This document shows, one piece after another, positions 27,044-39,156 of a stretch of 64,000 nt of DNA. The notes under the pieces are model-generated. The model did no database searches. It saw only the letters and a list, made by a program, of their open reading frames with translations, and was not told the origin of the DNA. The position numbers and the translations under genes are program-made. Source of the DNA: Spiribacter sp. (GTDB lineage Bacteria; Pseudomonadota; Gammaproteobacteria; Nitrococcales; Nitrococcaceae); NCBI GenBank assembly GCA_965662395.1, contig CBFIIM010000001.1, positions 9,596-73,595 on the forward strand, given 5' to 3'. Numbering within the stretch: the stretch's first letter is position 1; each line of letters starts with the position of its first letter.

Positions 27044-28936
27044 CTAAAATGCCTCGGTCTGATCCACTCGACCGCCGCGCCCGATCTCGGGGATCTCGCG
27101 GCTGGGGATGTACTCACCGGTGACCATCTGTTTGTAACCCATGCCCGGGCCCACCATCGGGTAAACGCCGGCGTCGGGATCAATCATGACCTCCAAGAAG
27201 GCCGGGCCATCAAATTCGATGAAGGCTTTCAGGACAGCTGGCATCTCTTCACGACTGCTGACCCGGCGGGCAAAAGCAAAGCCGTCGGCCTCAGCAGCCT
27301 TCACAAAGTCTTTACGATGCAGGGATTTATCACTGCCGGAGAAGCGATCGTCAAAATACAGCTTTTGCCATTGGCGGACCATGCCGTCGCCGTTGTTGTT
27401 CAACAACAGCACTTTGACCGGCAGATCATAGGTGGTCACGGTTTCCATTTCGCCTAAATTCATCCGCAGGCTGCCGTCACCATCAACGTCAATCACCAAG
27501 GCATCGGGATTGGCAAACTGTGCGCCGATGGCGGCCGGCAAACCGAATCCCATCGTGCCCATGGAGCCTGAGGTCATCCATAGCCGTGCACGGCGGAAAT
27601 CGAGATATTGCGCTGCCCACATTTGATGCTGGCCAACGCCGGTACTAACGATCGCCTCGCCTTTGACGAGGTTGTTGAGCTCACGCATGAGCGCCTGCGG
27701 CTGAATGAGCTCACCGTCTTCTTTAAAGCCCATGGGATGGCGCTGACGCAATGTCTTGCAGTGCTCGCCCCAGCGCTCATAATCGCGCTCAAAACCGATG
27801 CTGCGTCCATACTCCAGCAATGACTGCATCGCACTGCCAGCTTCCCCGACATGGGACCAGTCCACCCGTTTAACTTTGCCAATCTCAGCTGCGTCAATGT
27901 CGATATGGGCAATATGCTCGGCCAGCGGCGCGAACAGCTCAGCCTTGGCGGCCACCCGATCATCAAAGCGCGAACCCACGGCGATGATGAAGTCACAGTC
28001 TTCAACCGCGTAGTTGGCATAGGCGGTCCCGTGCATGCCCAGCATGTGCAGATGCAGTTCATCAGTCGTATCCACCGCACCCAGCCCCATGACGGTGCTG
28101 ACACTGGGAATGCCGTACTCCCGAGCAAACGCTGAGACCGCCTCGGCGCCCTCGCCGTGAATGGCTCCGCCACCGACATACAGCAGTGGTCGGCTGGAGC
28201 GCTCGAGCATGTCAAAGAACTGGCGGGCCTTGCGCTCTGAGACACGGCTTTGACGCAATGCTTCCATGCGCTGACGGTAACCGCGAATGCCGAGCAAACC
28301 ACTGCCTTTGAATTCGCCCACCCAGTTCTGCACGTCTTTTGGCAGGTCAACAACGACCGGACCTGGCCGACCTGAGCGCGCCACTTCAAACGCCGTGCGG
28401 ATGGTCTCTTCAAGCTTTTCAGGGTCGGTCACCAAAAACACATGCTTGGCGCAGTTACCCATGATGTTGACGATGGGTGCTTCCTGAAAGGCATCCGTAC
28501 CCATGGCACTGCGTGCCACCTGACCGCAAATCAGCACAACAGGCACAGAATCGGCCATGCAGTCACGAATGGGGGTGACGGTGTTGGTGGCTCCTGGGCC
28601 GGAGGTCACCAAAAATACGCCCACCTTGCCCGAGCTGCGGGCATAACCGGCGGCCATAAATCCCGCGCCCTGTTCGTTGGCCGGCACGACCAAGCGCACC
28701 GGATCCTCGGCGGCTTCACCGCGCTCGCGCTCGTTATAGCGAAAGATCGCGTCATACGTCGGGAGAATCGCGCCACCACTGTAGCCAAAAACCGTATCAA
28801 CCCCTTCCTGAGCCAGGACCTCAATCACCATTTCAGCGCCAGACATCTGCTGGCCGGCACGCGGATGCGCGGGTGTAGCGGGATCGGTTTGGGCGCTGGC
28901 CTGATCGGCCTCAGCGGAGATGGCGACTTCCTGCAT
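27044..28936 (-). CDS. ilvB: Acetolactate synthase large subunit
   Basis: FGYSGGAILP, TSGPGATN, GTDAFQE, MLGMHG, TPP motif GDGSLRMN...NN. Confidence 0.93.
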   Translation of the reverse strand: MQEVAISAEADQASAQTDPATPAHPRAGQQMSGAEMVIEVLAQEGVDTVFGYSGGAILPTYDAIFRYNERERGEAAEDPVRLVVPANEQGAGFMAAGYARSSGKVGVFLVTSGPGATNTVTPIRDCMADSVPVVLICGQVARSAMGTDAFQEAPIVNIMGNCAKHVFLVTDPEKLEETIRTAFEVARSGRPGPVVVDLPKDVQNWVGEFKGSGLLGIRGYRQRMEALRQSRVSERKARQFFDMLERSSRPLLYVGGGAIHGEGAEAVSAFAREYGIPSVSTVMGLGAVDTTDELHLHMLGMHGTAYANYAVEDCDFIIAVGSRFDDRVAAKAELFAPLAEHIAHIDIDAAEIGKVKRVDWSHVGEAGSAMQSLLEYGRSIGFERDYERWGEHCKTLRQRHPMGFKEDGELIQPQALMRELNNLVKGEAIVSTGVGQHQMWAAQYLDFRRARLWMTSGSMGTMGFGLPAAIGAQFANPDALVIDVDGDGSLRMNLGEMETVTTYDLPVKVLLLNNNGDGMVRQWQKLYFDDRFSGSDKSLHRKDFVKAAEADGFAFARRVSSREEMPAVLKAFIEFDGPAFLEVMIDPDAGVYPMVGPGMGYKQMVTGEYIPSREIPEIGRGGRVDQTEAF

Positions 28937-29009
28937 GATTAATGTTCCGAAATCAGTGACTTTTGCTCAGTTTTTGATCATACCGGGGCATCATGCACTG
29001 CGACAAGCG

Positions 29010-29417
29010 TCAATCGCCCTCATGCCGCGGTTTGAATTTTAGCGACAAGGAATTGATGCAGTATCGCAGCCCCGTAGGCGGTGGCCCGTCCGGGAACACA
29101 TGCCCTAGGTGAGCATCACAATCAGCGCATAACACTTCCGTTCGTCGCATCCCGAGGCTTAAATCCGTTTCGGTGCTAATCGCAGCCCCGTCAGCCGGCG
29201 CCCAAAAACTCGGCCACCCTGACCCCGAGTCATATTTCTGCCGGCTGTCAAAAAGCGGCGCATCGCAGCAGATACAGTGAAACTGCCCAGCGCCTTTGAA
29301 ATCGTTGTACTCGCCGGTAAAAGGTCGCTCTGTGCCCTTCTCCCGGGTCACACGATATTGCTCCGGAGTCAGTGTCGCCCGCCAGTCTGATGGTTTGGAT
29401 GATGACTGATCCGCCAT
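29010..29417 (-). CDS. msrB: Methionine-R-sulfoxide reductase
   Basis: [28 protein letters not shown]. Confidence 0.96.
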   Translation of the reverse strand: MADQSSSKPSDWRATLTPEQYRVTREKGTERPFTGEYNDFKGAGQFHCICCDAPLFDSRQKYDSGSGWPSFWAPADGAAISTETDLSLGMRRTEVLCADCDAHLGHVFPDGPPPTGLRYCINSLSLKFKPRHEGD

Positions 29418-29479
29418 AACAATCGCCTCGTTAAGAATTTGCCCTACAATACCGCCTAATCTGCGCACTGAGTAAGGGC

Positions 29480-30712
29480 ATGAGCGAGACAAACAGCACT
29501 GACCAGATCATCCTTATCACCATTTCCGGCAGTGACCGGCCCGGTGTGACCGCTGCGCTGATGGGCATCCTTGCTGATTATGGCGTGCGTGTGCTCGATA
29601 TCAGCCAAGCCATGGTGCAGTCCAATCTGGCGCTGGCCATTCTGATCAAACTACCGGCAGCCACCGGCACCGCTTCTGTCCTGAAAGATCTATTGTTTGA
29701 GGCGCACAAGCTGGACCTGCGGGTGCGCTTTCAGCCGATTAATGCCGATGAGTATCAGCAGTGGGTGAAAGGTGAATACCAGCCCGCCTATGTGCTGACA
29801 CTGCTAGGACGCCGGGTGACGGCCGCACAGATTGCCCGTATCGCCGGTGTAACCACCAGTTACGGCCTCAATATTGAAGACATCGTTCGCCTGTCGGCGC
29901 GCAGCCCGCTGCATGATGAATCCGGTATCAGTCGGGCCTGCCTGGAACTGAGCCTCCGTGGTGAGCCCAATGATGCCGATGCAATGAAGGCCGAGTTCCT
30001 GTCGATCTCCCAGGAGATGGATGTTGATATCTCCTTCCAGGAAGATAATTTCTACCGCCGCAACCGTCGCTTGGTGGTCTTTGACATGGATTCCACGCTG
30101 ATCCATGAAGAAGTCATCGACGAGTTAGCGCATGAGGCGGGCGTTGGCGAGGCGGTGGCCAGCGTCACCGAAGCCGCCATGCGTGGTGAAATCGATTTTC
30201 GTGAAAGTCTGACCCAGCGCGTTGGGTTGCTGAAAGGGTTATCGGCCGATGTGCTAGACACCGTTGCCGCCAGACTGACGCTGACTGAGGGTGCCGAGCG
30301 ACTGATGAAGACCCTGCGGATGCTCGGCTACCGCACCGCTGTCATTTCAGGTGGCTTTGATTTTTTTGGTCGGCATTTGCAAAAGCGGCTAAAGCTGGAC
30401 ACCGTGCATGCCAATCAGCTGGAGATTAAAAACGGACAGCTGACCGGAAAAGTGATCGGCGACATCATTGATGGTGAGCGCAAGGCCGAGCTGGTAAAAA
30501 CGCTAGCTGCTGAGATGGGCATCGAACTCGCCCAGGTGATTGCGGTGGGCGATGGCGCCAACGACCTGCCGATGTTACGCACCGCCGGCTTGGGGATTGC
30601 GTTTCATGCCAAGCCGCTGGTTCAGCGAAACGCACGCCAGGCCATCTCGACGATTGGCCTGGATGGTGTGCTTTATCTGATGGGCATGAACGACGCCGAG
30701 ACGCCGCACTAG
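29480..30712 (+). CDS. serB: Phosphoserine phosphatase with ACT domains
   Basis: Two ACT domains; FDMDSTLI; GDGANDL. Confidence 0.95.
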   Translation: MSETNSTDQIILITISGSDRPGVTAALMGILADYGVRVLDISQAMVQSNLALAILIKLPAATGTASVLKDLLFEAHKLDLRVRFQPINADEYQQWVKGEYQPAYVLTLLGRRVTAAQIARIAGVTTSYGLNIEDIVRLSARSPLHDESGISRACLELSLRGEPNDADAMKAEFLSISQEMDVDISFQEDNFYRRNRRLVVFDMDSTLIHEEVIDELAHEAGVGEAVASVTEAAMRGEIDFRESLTQRVGLLKGLSADVLDTVAARLTLTEGAERLMKTLRMLGYRTAVISGGFDFFGRHLQKRLKLDTVHANQLEIKNGQLTGKVIGDIIDGERKAELVKTLAAEMGIELAQVIAVGDGANDLPMLRTAGLGIAFHAKPLVQRNARQAISTIGLDGVLYLMGMNDAETPH

Positions 30713-30719
30713 CCAGATT

Positions 30720-31094
30720 TTAGGCGCTGCTGCCCTTAGCGCGGACCTTCTCGCGAATACGTGCAGCTTTACCGCGACGCTCCCGCAGGAAGTAAAGCTT
30801 GGCGCGACGAACATCACCACGACGTTTGACCGTGATGCTTTCAATCAGCGGGCTGTGCAGCTGGAAAACACGCTCAACGCCCTCGCCATGCGAGACCTTG
30901 CGCAGCGTAAATGAGGAGTTAAGTCCGCGGTTGCGCTTGGCAATTACCACACCTTCAAAAGGCTGTGCACGCTCACGGTTACCCTCACGCACCCAGACGT
31001 TCACCAGGACGGTGTCGCCGGGATTGATGGAATCGAGCGAACGCCCGGTCTTCTCGACCTGTTCGCGCTCAAGCTCTTCGATGATGTTGCTCAT
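30720..31094 (-). CDS. rplS: 50S ribosomal protein L19
   Basis: [24 protein letters not shown]. Confidence 0.98.
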   Translation of the reverse strand: MSNIIEELEREQVEKTGRSLDSINPGDTVLVNVWVREGNRERAQPFEGVVIAKRNRGLNSSFTLRKVSHGEGVERVFQLHSPLIESITVKRRGDVRRAKLYFLRERRGKAARIREKVRAKGSSA

Positions 31095-31112
31095 GCCAGC
31101 ATCCCCTGTCAG

Positions 31113-31850
31113 TCAGTGCTTTTGCTCGGCCTGGTAGGCCCGCAGCAGTGTTTGTTCATCGTCACTTAGCCCACGCTTGTCCAACAAGTCAGGGCGTTTT
31201 TCCCAGGTCCGGCCGATGGCCTGCTGGGCACGCCAGCGGGCAATCGCCTGATGATCACCACTCAGCAGGACCGCCGGGACAGCCTTGCCATCGATCACCT
31301 CGGGACGCGTGTAATGCGGACAATCAAGCAATCCATCCGCAAACGCATCCTGGCCTGCCGAATCGGCATGGCCTAAAACCCCTGGAAGCATCCGAGCGAC
31401 AGCGTCCATAACCACCATCGCCGGCAACTCCCCGCCACTGACGACATAGTCGCCAATGGATAATTCCCGATCGACCTCGAGTTCGATAACTCGCTCGTCA
31501 ATCCCCTCGTAGCGGCCACACAGCAAAATTAATCGCTGGTAGCTGGCCAGGCTGTCCACCTGCTGACCGTCAAGCCCGGGACCCGCGGGTGATAAGTACA
31601 CCACCGGTGCCGGACCTGCCGCAGCCCGCGCTGCTCTGATCGCTGATCGCAGCGGCTCGACCGTCATCACCATGCCAGGGCCGCCACCATAGGGCCGGTC
31701 ATCGACACTTTGATGTCGGTCCGTGGCGTAGTCCCGTGGATTCCACGTGACCAACTCAATCAATCCCTGATCGAGCGCTCGGCCAATCACCCCGTAACCC
31801 ATGACCGAAGCCACCATGTCCGGAAACAGCGTAATGACGTCAAACCGCAT
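31113..31850 (-). CDS. trmD: tRNA (guanine37-N1)-methyltransferase
   Basis: [33 protein letters not shown]. Confidence 0.98.
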   Translation of the reverse strand: MRFDVITLFPDMVASVMGYGVIGRALDQGLIELVTWNPRDYATDRHQSVDDRPYGGGPGMVMTVEPLRSAIRAARAAAGPAPVVYLSPAGPGLDGQQVDSLASYQRLILLCGRYEGIDERVIELEVDRELSIGDYVVSGGELPAMVVMDAVARMLPGVLGHADSAGQDAFADGLLDCPHYTRPEVIDGKAVPAVLLSGDHQAIARWRAQQAIGRTWEKRPDLLDKRGLSDDEQTLLRAYQAEQKH

Positions 31851-31855
31851 CCTGA

Positions 31856-32392
31856 TTAAAACTCCGGATCCCAGTCGACCGTCATTTGGCCGGCGGCTAA
31901 ATCCACCGCTATCACATACACATCGGGCACATAGGGAATCAGTCGCTCCCGCTCCCCGGTGACCACCAGCACATCATTAGCGCCAGTTTCGATCAGCCCA
32001 CTGACTGTTCCCAGTGGCTGGCCGTTCATTGTTTGAACCGCAAGGCCTTCAAGATCGACCCAGTAGTATTCACCCGGGGCTTTATCTGGGAGCGCTGAGC
32101 GCTCAACCGTAATCAGCATGCCCCGCAACAATTCGGCTTGATCGCGATCCGAAACCCCTTCGAGTTCGGCCACCAGGCCTTTGCCCTGCTCGCGGCCCGC
32201 TCGCAGCTTAACCGATTGCGTACCCGCCGGACCGTCAAGCTGCCAAACCGGATAGTCCATGATATTGAGCCGGGGCCGCGTCCAGGACATGACCTTGACG
32301 GCACCGCGCACACCATGGACTCCGACGATCTCACCGAGCACCAGGCGCTCGGCGGTCTGCTCAGGCGCTTTGGGCCTCGCTGGCACTGCCAC
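31856..32392 (-). CDS. rimM: Ribosome maturation factor
   Basis: [31 protein letters not shown]. Confidence 0.95.
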   Translation of the reverse strand: MAVPARPKAPEQTAERLVLGEIVGVHGVRGAVKVMSWTRPRLNIMDYPVWQLDGPAGTQSVKLRAGREQGKGLVAELEGVSDRDQAELLRGMLITVERSALPDKAPGEYYWVDLEGLAVQTMNGQPLGTVSGLIETGANDVLVVTGERERLIPYVPDVYVIAVDLAAGQMTVDWDPEF

Positions 32393-32630
32393 GGCGCGCC
32401 TGACGAATCAGCTGAGCCACCCGATCGCTGGGCTGGGCGCCCGTTGCGATCCAATGATCAATCCGCGCAAGATCAATTTGCAACGGCACTTCCTGACCCG
32501 CGGCGATCGGATTAAAGAATCCAACACGCTCGATGAAGCGCCCGTCCCGGGCGTTGCGGCTGTCCGTGACCACCAAATGGTAGAAAGGACGCTTTTTGGC
32601 GCCGGAGCGCGCAAGACGAATCGTAACCAT
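32361..32630 (-). CDS. rpsP: 30S ribosomal protein S16
   Basis: [26 protein letters not shown]. Confidence 0.98.
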   Translation of the reverse strand: MVTIRLARSGAKKRPFYHLVVTDSRNARDGRFIERVGFFNPIAAGQEVPLQIDLARIDHWIATGAQPSDRVAQLIRQARRGSASEAQSA

Positions 32631-32685
32631 GCTTGTCCCTAATTAATCCAGGCCGACTGGTAAACCGGCAATTGTACCTGTGTGA

Positions 32686-34095
32686 CTAGCGCCCGCCAAG
32701 CCCCGGCGGCAAACCACCCCCCGGGGGCATGCCACCCATGCCGCCAGGCGGGAATCCCCCGCCCCCACCCAGCTGGCGCATCATTTTCTTCATGCCGCCA
32801 CCTTTAAACTGCTTCATCATCTTTTGCATTTGTTTATGCTGCTTGAGCAGTCGGTTGATGTCTTGCACCTGCAGACCACATCCCACGGCGATACGGCGTT
32901 TGCGCGAACCATTAATCACATCGGGTTTACGCCGCTCAAGCGGTGTCATCGAATTGATGATGGCAATCTGACGGCGTAACTGGCCGTCATTCATTTGTTG
33001 GTTGACCTGCTCGGTCATCTTGCCCATGCCAGGGAGCTTATCCATCAGCCCACCCACACCACCCATTTGGGTGACCTGCTGCAACTGATCGCGCATATCC
33101 TCTAAATCAAAGCCCTTACCCTTTTTGAGTTTGCCGGCCATGCGCTCGGCCTGGGCCTTGTCCACGCTGCGCTCAACCTGCTCCACCAGACTGAGCACAT
33201 CGCCCATGCCAAGAATGCGTGAGGCGATGCGATCGGGGTGAAAGGCCTCGAGCGCATCGGTTTTCTCACCGATACCGATAAATTTAATCGGCTTGCCGGT
33301 GATCTGCCGTATCGACAGCGCCGCACCGCCTCTGGCATCGCCGTCGGCCTTGGTCAAAATCACGCCGGTCAATGGCAGCGCCTGATCGAAAGCCCGCGCG
33401 GTATTGGCCGCATCCTGGCCGGTCATGCTGTCGACCACAAACAGGGTCTCGACCGGGTCGACCGCCGCGTGAATGCGACGCACCTCACTCATCATATCTT
33501 CATCGACATGCAAGCGACCGGCGGTGTCGATCAGCAGAACATCGTAGTAACCGGTACGGGCACGCTCGAGCGCACGACCGGCAACAGCCACCGGATCGGC
33601 ATCGGCAGCCGTGGGCTCAAAATCAATACCCACCTCTTGGGCCAAACGCTCAAGCTGGTCAATCGCCGCCGGACGATAGACATCCAGCGAAACTGCCAAG
33701 ACTTTTTTCTTATCCTGTTCACGCAATCGTCGACCGAGTTTGGCAATACTGGTGGTCTTACCCGAGCCTTGAAGCCCTGCCACCATCACCACGGCCGGGG
33801 GCCGCGTGGTCAGGTCCAGCGCATCGTTGCGCTCACCCATGACCCGAATAAGCTCGTCATGAACAATTTTAATAAACGCCTGCCCGGGCGAGAGGCTTTT
33901 CATGACCTCTGCGCCTAGGGCCCGCTCGCGCACGTCGTCAATAAAGCCCTTAATCACCGGCAAGGCGACGTCCGCCTCAAGCAGCGCCATGCGCACCTCG
34001 CGCAGACTCTCCTGTATATTGTCTTCGGTGAGACGCCCTTTGCCCCGAAGCCGTTTACCGATCGCCTCAAGGCGGTCACTGAGATTGTTGAACAT
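32686..34095 (-). CDS. ffh: Signal recognition particle protein
   Basis: GLQGSGKTT, DTAGR, DGDARGG, Met-rich M domain. Confidence 0.98.
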   Translation of the reverse strand: MFNNLSDRLEAIGKRLRGKGRLTEDNIQESLREVRMALLEADVALPVIKGFIDDVRERALGAEVMKSLSPGQAFIKIVHDELIRVMGERNDALDLTTRPPAVVMVAGLQGSGKTTSIAKLGRRLREQDKKKVLAVSLDVYRPAAIDQLERLAQEVGIDFEPTAADADPVAVAGRALERARTGYYDVLLIDTAGRLHVDEDMMSEVRRIHAAVDPVETLFVVDSMTGQDAANTARAFDQALPLTGVILTKADGDARGGAALSIRQITGKPIKFIGIGEKTDALEAFHPDRIASRILGMGDVLSLVEQVERSVDKAQAERMAGKLKKGKGFDLEDMRDQLQQVTQMGGVGGLMDKLPGMGKMTEQVNQQMNDGQLRRQIAIINSMTPLERRKPDVINGSRKRRIAVGCGLQVQDINRLLKQHKQMQKMMKQFKGGGMKKMMRQLGGGGGFPPGGMGGMPPGGGLPPGLGGR

Positions 34096-34167
34096 CCTGT
34101 GTCACTCCAGTCGATGGGGTGCTGTGATGCGTGACAGTGTACCAACGCGCGTTCGTTCTATGCGAAG

Positions 34168-34980
34168 ATGCCTGACATCATGACCCTGCTGATTGGCATA
34201 ACGGCCTTGTTGTATGGCCTCGCCCTTGTTGCCCAAGTGGCCGGGCTGCGCGGAGCTATCCCCGTGGAGCGTGGCAATGTCGCGGCGGTCTACCTAGCCT
34301 CGCCAGCCATTATCTTGCACGCTATATTGTTATGGCAGGCTACCTGGACTCTGGCGGGCATTGATCTGTCATTCTTTAATGCCCTGTCATTGCTCGGCTG
34401 GCTGATGGCCCTGATGCTGGTGCTTGCAGCGATTCGGCAGCCGGTCCACAGCCTTGGGCTAATTATCTATCCGATTGCGGCACAGGGCGTCATTCTGGCC
34501 GGACTGCTCGGGACACCCTCCGATACCCTGATCCCCATCGGCGTGGGCGTTGATATTCATATCGTCAGCGCAGTGGCCGCTTATGCGGTTCTGGGCTTAG
34601 CTAGCGCCCAAGCGCTACTACTGGCTTGGCAGGAACACCGCCTGCGCAGCCGGCATGCCGGTGCCATCATCGGCTTTCTGCCCCCGCTGTTTAGTATGGA
34701 AGCTCTGCTCTTTCAGCTGTTGGGCAGCGGATTCGTCTTACTTTCAATATCGCTGATCAGCGGGTGGCTATTCGTTGATAACCTCTTTGCCCAAGACCTT
34801 GTCCACAAAACCGTACTCTCGATGTTGGCCTGGCTGGTCTTTGCCGGGCTGCTGATTGGCCGTCATCGCGCAGGCTGGCGCGGACGCACGGCAATTCGCT
34901 GGACCCTGTCGGGTTTTGTTCTGTTGGCGCTGGCCTACTTTGGCAGCAAAGCCGTGCTTGAACTCATCCTAGGACGCTGA
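34168..34980 (+). CDS. Cytochrome c assembly family membrane protein (YpjD-like)
   Basis: HKTVLS, GWRG..A..WTL.GF.LL.LAYFGSK; divergent from ffh as usual. Confidence 0.88.
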   Translation: MPDIMTLLIGITALLYGLALVAQVAGLRGAIPVERGNVAAVYLASPAIILHAILLWQATWTLAGIDLSFFNALSLLGWLMALMLVLAAIRQPVHSLGLIIYPIAAQGVILAGLLGTPSDTLIPIGVGVDIHIVSAVAAYAVLGLASAQALLLAWQEHRLRSRHAGAIIGFLPPLFSMEALLFQLLGSGFVLLSISLISGWLFVDNLFAQDLVHKTVLSMLAWLVFAGLLIGRHRAGWRGRTAIRWTLSGFVLLALAYFGSKAVLELILGR

Positions 34981-34992
34981 GCCGAACCGCCT

Positions 34993-36288
34993 GTGAACAC
35001 CATCCCACTACCTGTGCTGTTTTTAATCCTTGGGGTATTAATCATTCTCTCTGGTGCTTTCTCCAGTTCTGAGACTGCCCTGATGACCATCAATCGCTAT
35101 CGCCTGCGGCATCTGGCAGGCGGCGGCCACCGCGGAGCAAAACGGGCCGAGGCGCTGCTGCAACGGCCGGATCGGCTCATCGGCCTCATTCTGCTGGGCA
35201 ATAATTTTGTCAATATCTCCGCCTCGGCCGTGGCCACCATTATCGCCCTGCGTTTAGGCGGCGAGGGCGCCATCGCCATTGCCACCGGTCTTTTGACGCT
35301 AGTCATTCTGATTTTTGCTGAGGTGGCCCCCAAAACACTCGCTGCGCTGCGACCGGAGCGTGTTGCCTTCCCAGCATCGTTTGTCCTGAAACCCCTGCTG
35401 CGATTGCTCTATCCGCTGGTTTGGTTGACTAATGGCTTGGCCAATGGGTTGCTTGGGTTGCTGGGCGTGCGGCCCGAGGAGGGGGAACCCTCGGCGCTGA
35501 CCCGAGAGGAACTGCGCACCGTGGTCAATGAGGCCGGCGCAATGATCCCCAGACGTCACCAACGCATGCTGTTAAGCATCCTTGACCTCGACCGGGCCAC
35601 AGTGGATGACATCATGGTGCCGCGTAACGAGGTGGTAGGCATCGATTTAGAGGGTGACTGGCGGGAAATCGCCGAGCAGATATCCAATTCGGAATATACC
35701 CGGCTGCCGGTATTTGAAGGCGGCATCGATAATATTCGCGGCATCCTTCATGTCCGCCGCATGCTGACCGCCATGCTAGATGGCGACGTGACTCGGGAGC
35801 GGTTACTTGAGCATGTCCGTGAGCCCTATTTTATCCCGGAAGGCACACCGTTACATGTGCAGATGATTAACTTCCAGGCACAGCGCCGCCGCATCGGTTT
35901 GGTTGTGGATGAATACGGTGAGTTTCTGGGTCTGGCCACCTTAGAAGATATTCTTGAAGAAATCGTGGGTGAGTTCACCACTGACCCGGCCGAGGCCATT
36001 CGTGACATCCACCCGCAACCTGATGGCAGTTACCTGGCGGCCGGCAGCGCCAGCACTCGCGAGCTCAAACGTCTACTCAACTGGCAACTGCCCATTGATG
36101 GGCCCAAAACCCTCAACGGGTTGATTATTGAACATTTGGAGACGATTCCAGAGCCCGGCACCAGCCTGCTGATCGACGACCATCCGGTCACTGTTCTGCA
36201 AACTGAAGAAAACCGAGTCAAAGTGGCAAGACTTGAACCCCGCCGCCGTGGCCGTCGCTCAGAAGATATCTCGCCCGGGTTGAGCTAG
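34993..36288 (+). CDS. CNNM/HlyC/CorC family CBS-domain transporter (YfjD-like)
   Basis: [18 protein letters not shown] pair, [16 protein letters not shown]. Confidence 0.9.
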   Translation: MNTIPLPVLFLILGVLIILSGAFSSSETALMTINRYRLRHLAGGGHRGAKRAEALLQRPDRLIGLILLGNNFVNISASAVATIIALRLGGEGAIAIATGLLTLVILIFAEVAPKTLAALRPERVAFPASFVLKPLLRLLYPLVWLTNGLANGLLGLLGVRPEEGEPSALTREELRTVVNEAGAMIPRRHQRMLLSILDLDRATVDDIMVPRNEVVGIDLEGDWREIAEQISNSEYTRLPVFEGGIDNIRGILHVRRMLTAMLDGDVTRERLLEHVREPYFIPEGTPLHVQMINFQAQRRRIGLVVDEYGEFLGLATLEDILEEIVGEFTTDPAEAIRDIHPQPDGSYLAAGSASTRELKRLLNWQLPIDGPKTLNGLIIEHLETIPEPGTSLLIDDHPVTVLQTEENRVKVARLEPRRRGRRSEDISPGLS

Positions 36289-37673
36289 CGCTCGCGCCGC
36301 CATTGTGTGCCTTGCGGGCCATCCTCAAGCACCACCCCCTCAGCCAGCAGCGCATCACGAATGGCATCCGCCCGGGCAAAATCGCGGGCATCTCTGGCCG
36401 CTACGCGCTCAGCCACCAGCGTATCAATCCGGGCATCATCGGCATTGTCTTCGACACCGGTACCGCCTTTTAGAAAAGCTTGCGGGTCCTGCTGAAGCAG
36501 GCCCAGCACAGCCCCAAGCGAGCACAGCGTCAGGCCCAGCTGGTCTGCCAAATCCAAATCGTCAGCCTCACGCGCACGGTTGATGGCACGGGCCAAATCA
36601 AATAACACGGAGAGCGCCACCGGCGTATTGAAGTCGTCATTCATCGCCGCATGGAAGCGATCGACAAACTCAGAATCCGGCACGGTAGCCTGCCCAGGCA
36701 GCCCGCGCAGCGCCCCATACAGCCGTTCAAGCGCGCTCCGCGCCTGACTGATCGCCTCTTCGGTGTAATTCAGCGGGCTGCGGTAGTGACTGGATAAGAG
36801 GAACTGGCGAACCGACTCCGCCTCATGCTGCGCGAGGATATCGCGCACCGTCGTGAAATTCCCCAGCGACTTGGCCATTTTTTCGTCATTGATACGGACA
36901 TGGCCGTTGTGCATCCAGTAATTAACAAAATGCTGGCCCGTAGCGGCTTCGGACTGAGCAATTTCATTTTCATGGTGCGGGAACTTCAAATCGAGACCGC
37001 CGCCATGAATATCAAAGTGCTCGCCCAGGCAGTGCGTGGACATGGCCGAGCATTCAATATGCCAGCCGGGCCTGCCCTCGCCCCAAGGTGAAGGCCAGCT
37101 AGGCTCGCCATCGCGGGCCGCTTTCCAAAGTACAAAGTCAGCCGGATCACGCTTGTGCTCTCCCGGAGCGATACGCGCACCGGCACGCAGCTCATCCAGG
37201 CGTTTTCCAGAAAGCGCACCATAGTCGGCGAATCGCTCAACGGCATAATAGACATCACCACCGGCGGCATAGGCGTAGCCATTGGCAATGAGCGTCTCGA
37301 TCATCGCGACAATATGCCCAATATGATCGGTGGCACGCGGCTCTTGATCTGGCCGCAGACAGCCCAAGGCATCCGCATCCTCGTGCATGGCAGCGATAAA
37401 TCGGGCGGTGAGGGATTCAATGGGCTCACCCAGTTCAGCCGCTCGCCGAATAATCTTATCGTCGATATCGGTGATATTGCGCACGTAGTGGACGTCATAG
37501 CCCAGATGACGCAAATAGCGCACCACCATATCGAAAACAACCATCACCCGGGCGTGACCCAAATGACAACGATCATAGACCGTCATACCACAGACATAGA
37601 GGTCAACCCGCGGCGGGTTAATCGGTGTAAACAGCGCTTTTCGACCGCTGAGACTGTTGTGAATCTCAAGCAT
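36285..37673 (-). CDS. cysS: Cysteine--tRNA ligase
   Basis: [35 protein letters not shown]. Confidence 0.97.
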   Translation of the reverse strand: MLEIHNSLSGRKALFTPINPPRVDLYVCGMTVYDRCHLGHARVMVVFDMVVRYLRHLGYDVHYVRNITDIDDKIIRRAAELGEPIESLTARFIAAMHEDADALGCLRPDQEPRATDHIGHIVAMIETLIANGYAYAAGGDVYYAVERFADYGALSGKRLDELRAGARIAPGEHKRDPADFVLWKAARDGEPSWPSPWGEGRPGWHIECSAMSTHCLGEHFDIHGGGLDLKFPHHENEIAQSEAATGQHFVNYWMHNGHVRINDEKMAKSLGNFTTVRDILAQHEAESVRQFLLSSHYRSPLNYTEEAISQARSALERLYGALRGLPGQATVPDSEFVDRFHAAMNDDFNTPVALSVLFDLARAINRAREADDLDLADQLGLTLCSLGAVLGLLQQDPQAFLKGGTGVEDNADDARIDTLVAERVAARDARDFARADAIRDALLAEGVVLEDGPQGTQWRRER

Positions 37674-39093
37674 CAGCGGCCTCCTCTGCAATACGAGCAG
37701 CCGCAACAAGTCGGGCATGCCGAATAGCGGGAGGCATCAAATCAATTAATGCCCCCAGCGCCGGCCCGTGAGACAGAGCCGTTAGGGCAATTCGCAGCGG
37801 TTTCATCATCTTACCTCCACGACACCCCGTGACCTCCTCAAGCTTTGGTCGCCACACACTCCAGTCAATACTGCCGCTGGCCTCGGCCAGTGCCTGATCA
37901 ACCCGGTGATAAAACTCAGCACCCGCGGCGCACAACGGCGCCCGCTGCTCGGGTGGAATATCCAGATGCTCGGCAAAAAGCCGCTCGGCCCAATCATTGA
38001 GCTCATGGGCAAAGCGCAGATTGGGTTTAACCTGCTCAACAAATGCATGCTCCTGACCCACCGGCACCTGCCCTGGGCTCAGCGCCGGGAGCAAAGACTC
38101 CACTGGGGCGTTAGCCATCGCCAATGACTGCCAGTGATCAAGCTGAGCCGGGTCGAATCGGGCCGGACTGCGTGTCAGCCGTGACGGGTCAAACCCGTCG
38201 GCCAATGCTTGAAGCTCTTTAAGCTCCTCATCAAGCCCCGGATTGCCCAGCCGGGCAAGATAATTGATCACCGCTTCCGGGCGGTACCCCGCTGCCCGCA
38301 GTTGTTCCAAACCGGCACTGCCCGTGCGCTTAGACAGTGGCGCGCCGCTGGCTTCAATCACCAGAGCCAGGTGGCCATAGCTTGGGGCCTTCAGCCCTAG
38401 GCGGGATAACAATACCTGCTGTCTTGGGGTGTTGGAGAGGTGGTCCTCACCGCGTAGCACATGCGTGACCCCCATCAATGCATCATCCAGGGCATTGGCA
38501 AATAAAAACGCCGCCGTCCCATCGGAGCGCATCAACACTGGATCTCCCAGTGCATCAGCCGGGATTCGTTGTGGGCCGCGGACCAGATCCTCAAACTCAA
38601 GCCAGCCACTGCGCGGCATCCGCAGGCGCAGCACCGCCGTCTCACCGGCAGCACGGCGCGCCTTAGCTTCATCGGGGTCAATCCCGGCGCAGTGACCGTC
38701 ATAACGCGGCGCCTGACCCGAGCGGCTCTGCTCAGCCCGCAATGCCGATAAACGATCATTACTGCAAAAACACCAATAGGCAGCATCGGCTGCCAACAGC
38801 TGCTCGGCATACGCCAGATAGACAGACTTGCGGGCCGACTGCTGCCAGTCGCCCGACTCACCAATACCGGGACCCAAATCCCATTCCAGTCCCAGCCAGC
38901 GGAGATCCTCCGCCACCCCGGCGATGGCCTCGGGCTGGCTGCGCTCGCTGTCACTATCCTCAATGCGCAACAGAAACCGGCCCGCCTGTCGACGGGCCAG
39001 CAGCACGTTGAACAATGCTGTGCGCAAATTGCCCAGATGCAGCCTACCGGATGGACTGGGGGCGAAACGGGTGGTGATTACAGAATCGGTCAT
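37666..39093 (-). CDS. gltX: Glutamate--tRNA ligase (probably a second, divergent GluRS)
   Basis: [38 protein letters not shown]; anticodon-binding domain present. Confidence 0.88.
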   Translation of the reverse strand: MTDSVITTRFAPSPSGRLHLGNLRTALFNVLLARRQAGRFLLRIEDSDSERSQPEAIAGVAEDLRWLGLEWDLGPGIGESGDWQQSARKSVYLAYAEQLLAADAAYWCFCSNDRLSALRAEQSRSGQAPRYDGHCAGIDPDEAKARRAAGETAVLRLRMPRSGWLEFEDLVRGPQRIPADALGDPVLMRSDGTAAFLFANALDDALMGVTHVLRGEDHLSNTPRQQVLLSRLGLKAPSYGHLALVIEASGAPLSKRTGSAGLEQLRAAGYRPEAVINYLARLGNPGLDEELKELQALADGFDPSRLTRSPARFDPAQLDHWQSLAMANAPVESLLPALSPGQVPVGQEHAFVEQVKPNLRFAHELNDWAERLFAEHLDIPPEQRAPLCAAGAEFYHRVDQALAEASGSIDWSVWRPKLEEVTGCRGGKMMKPLRIALTALSHGPALGALIDLMPPAIRHARLVAAARIAEEAADA

Positions 39094-39156
39094 GCTGCGC
39101 ATCATACTGGAGGCAGGCACTTGCATGCAGCCGCATTGCTCGCCATCTTGTAGCCC

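Noticed and set aside
32686-32800. Gly/Met/Pro low-complexity tail of Ffh
   Set aside because: A common feature of Ffh C-termini.
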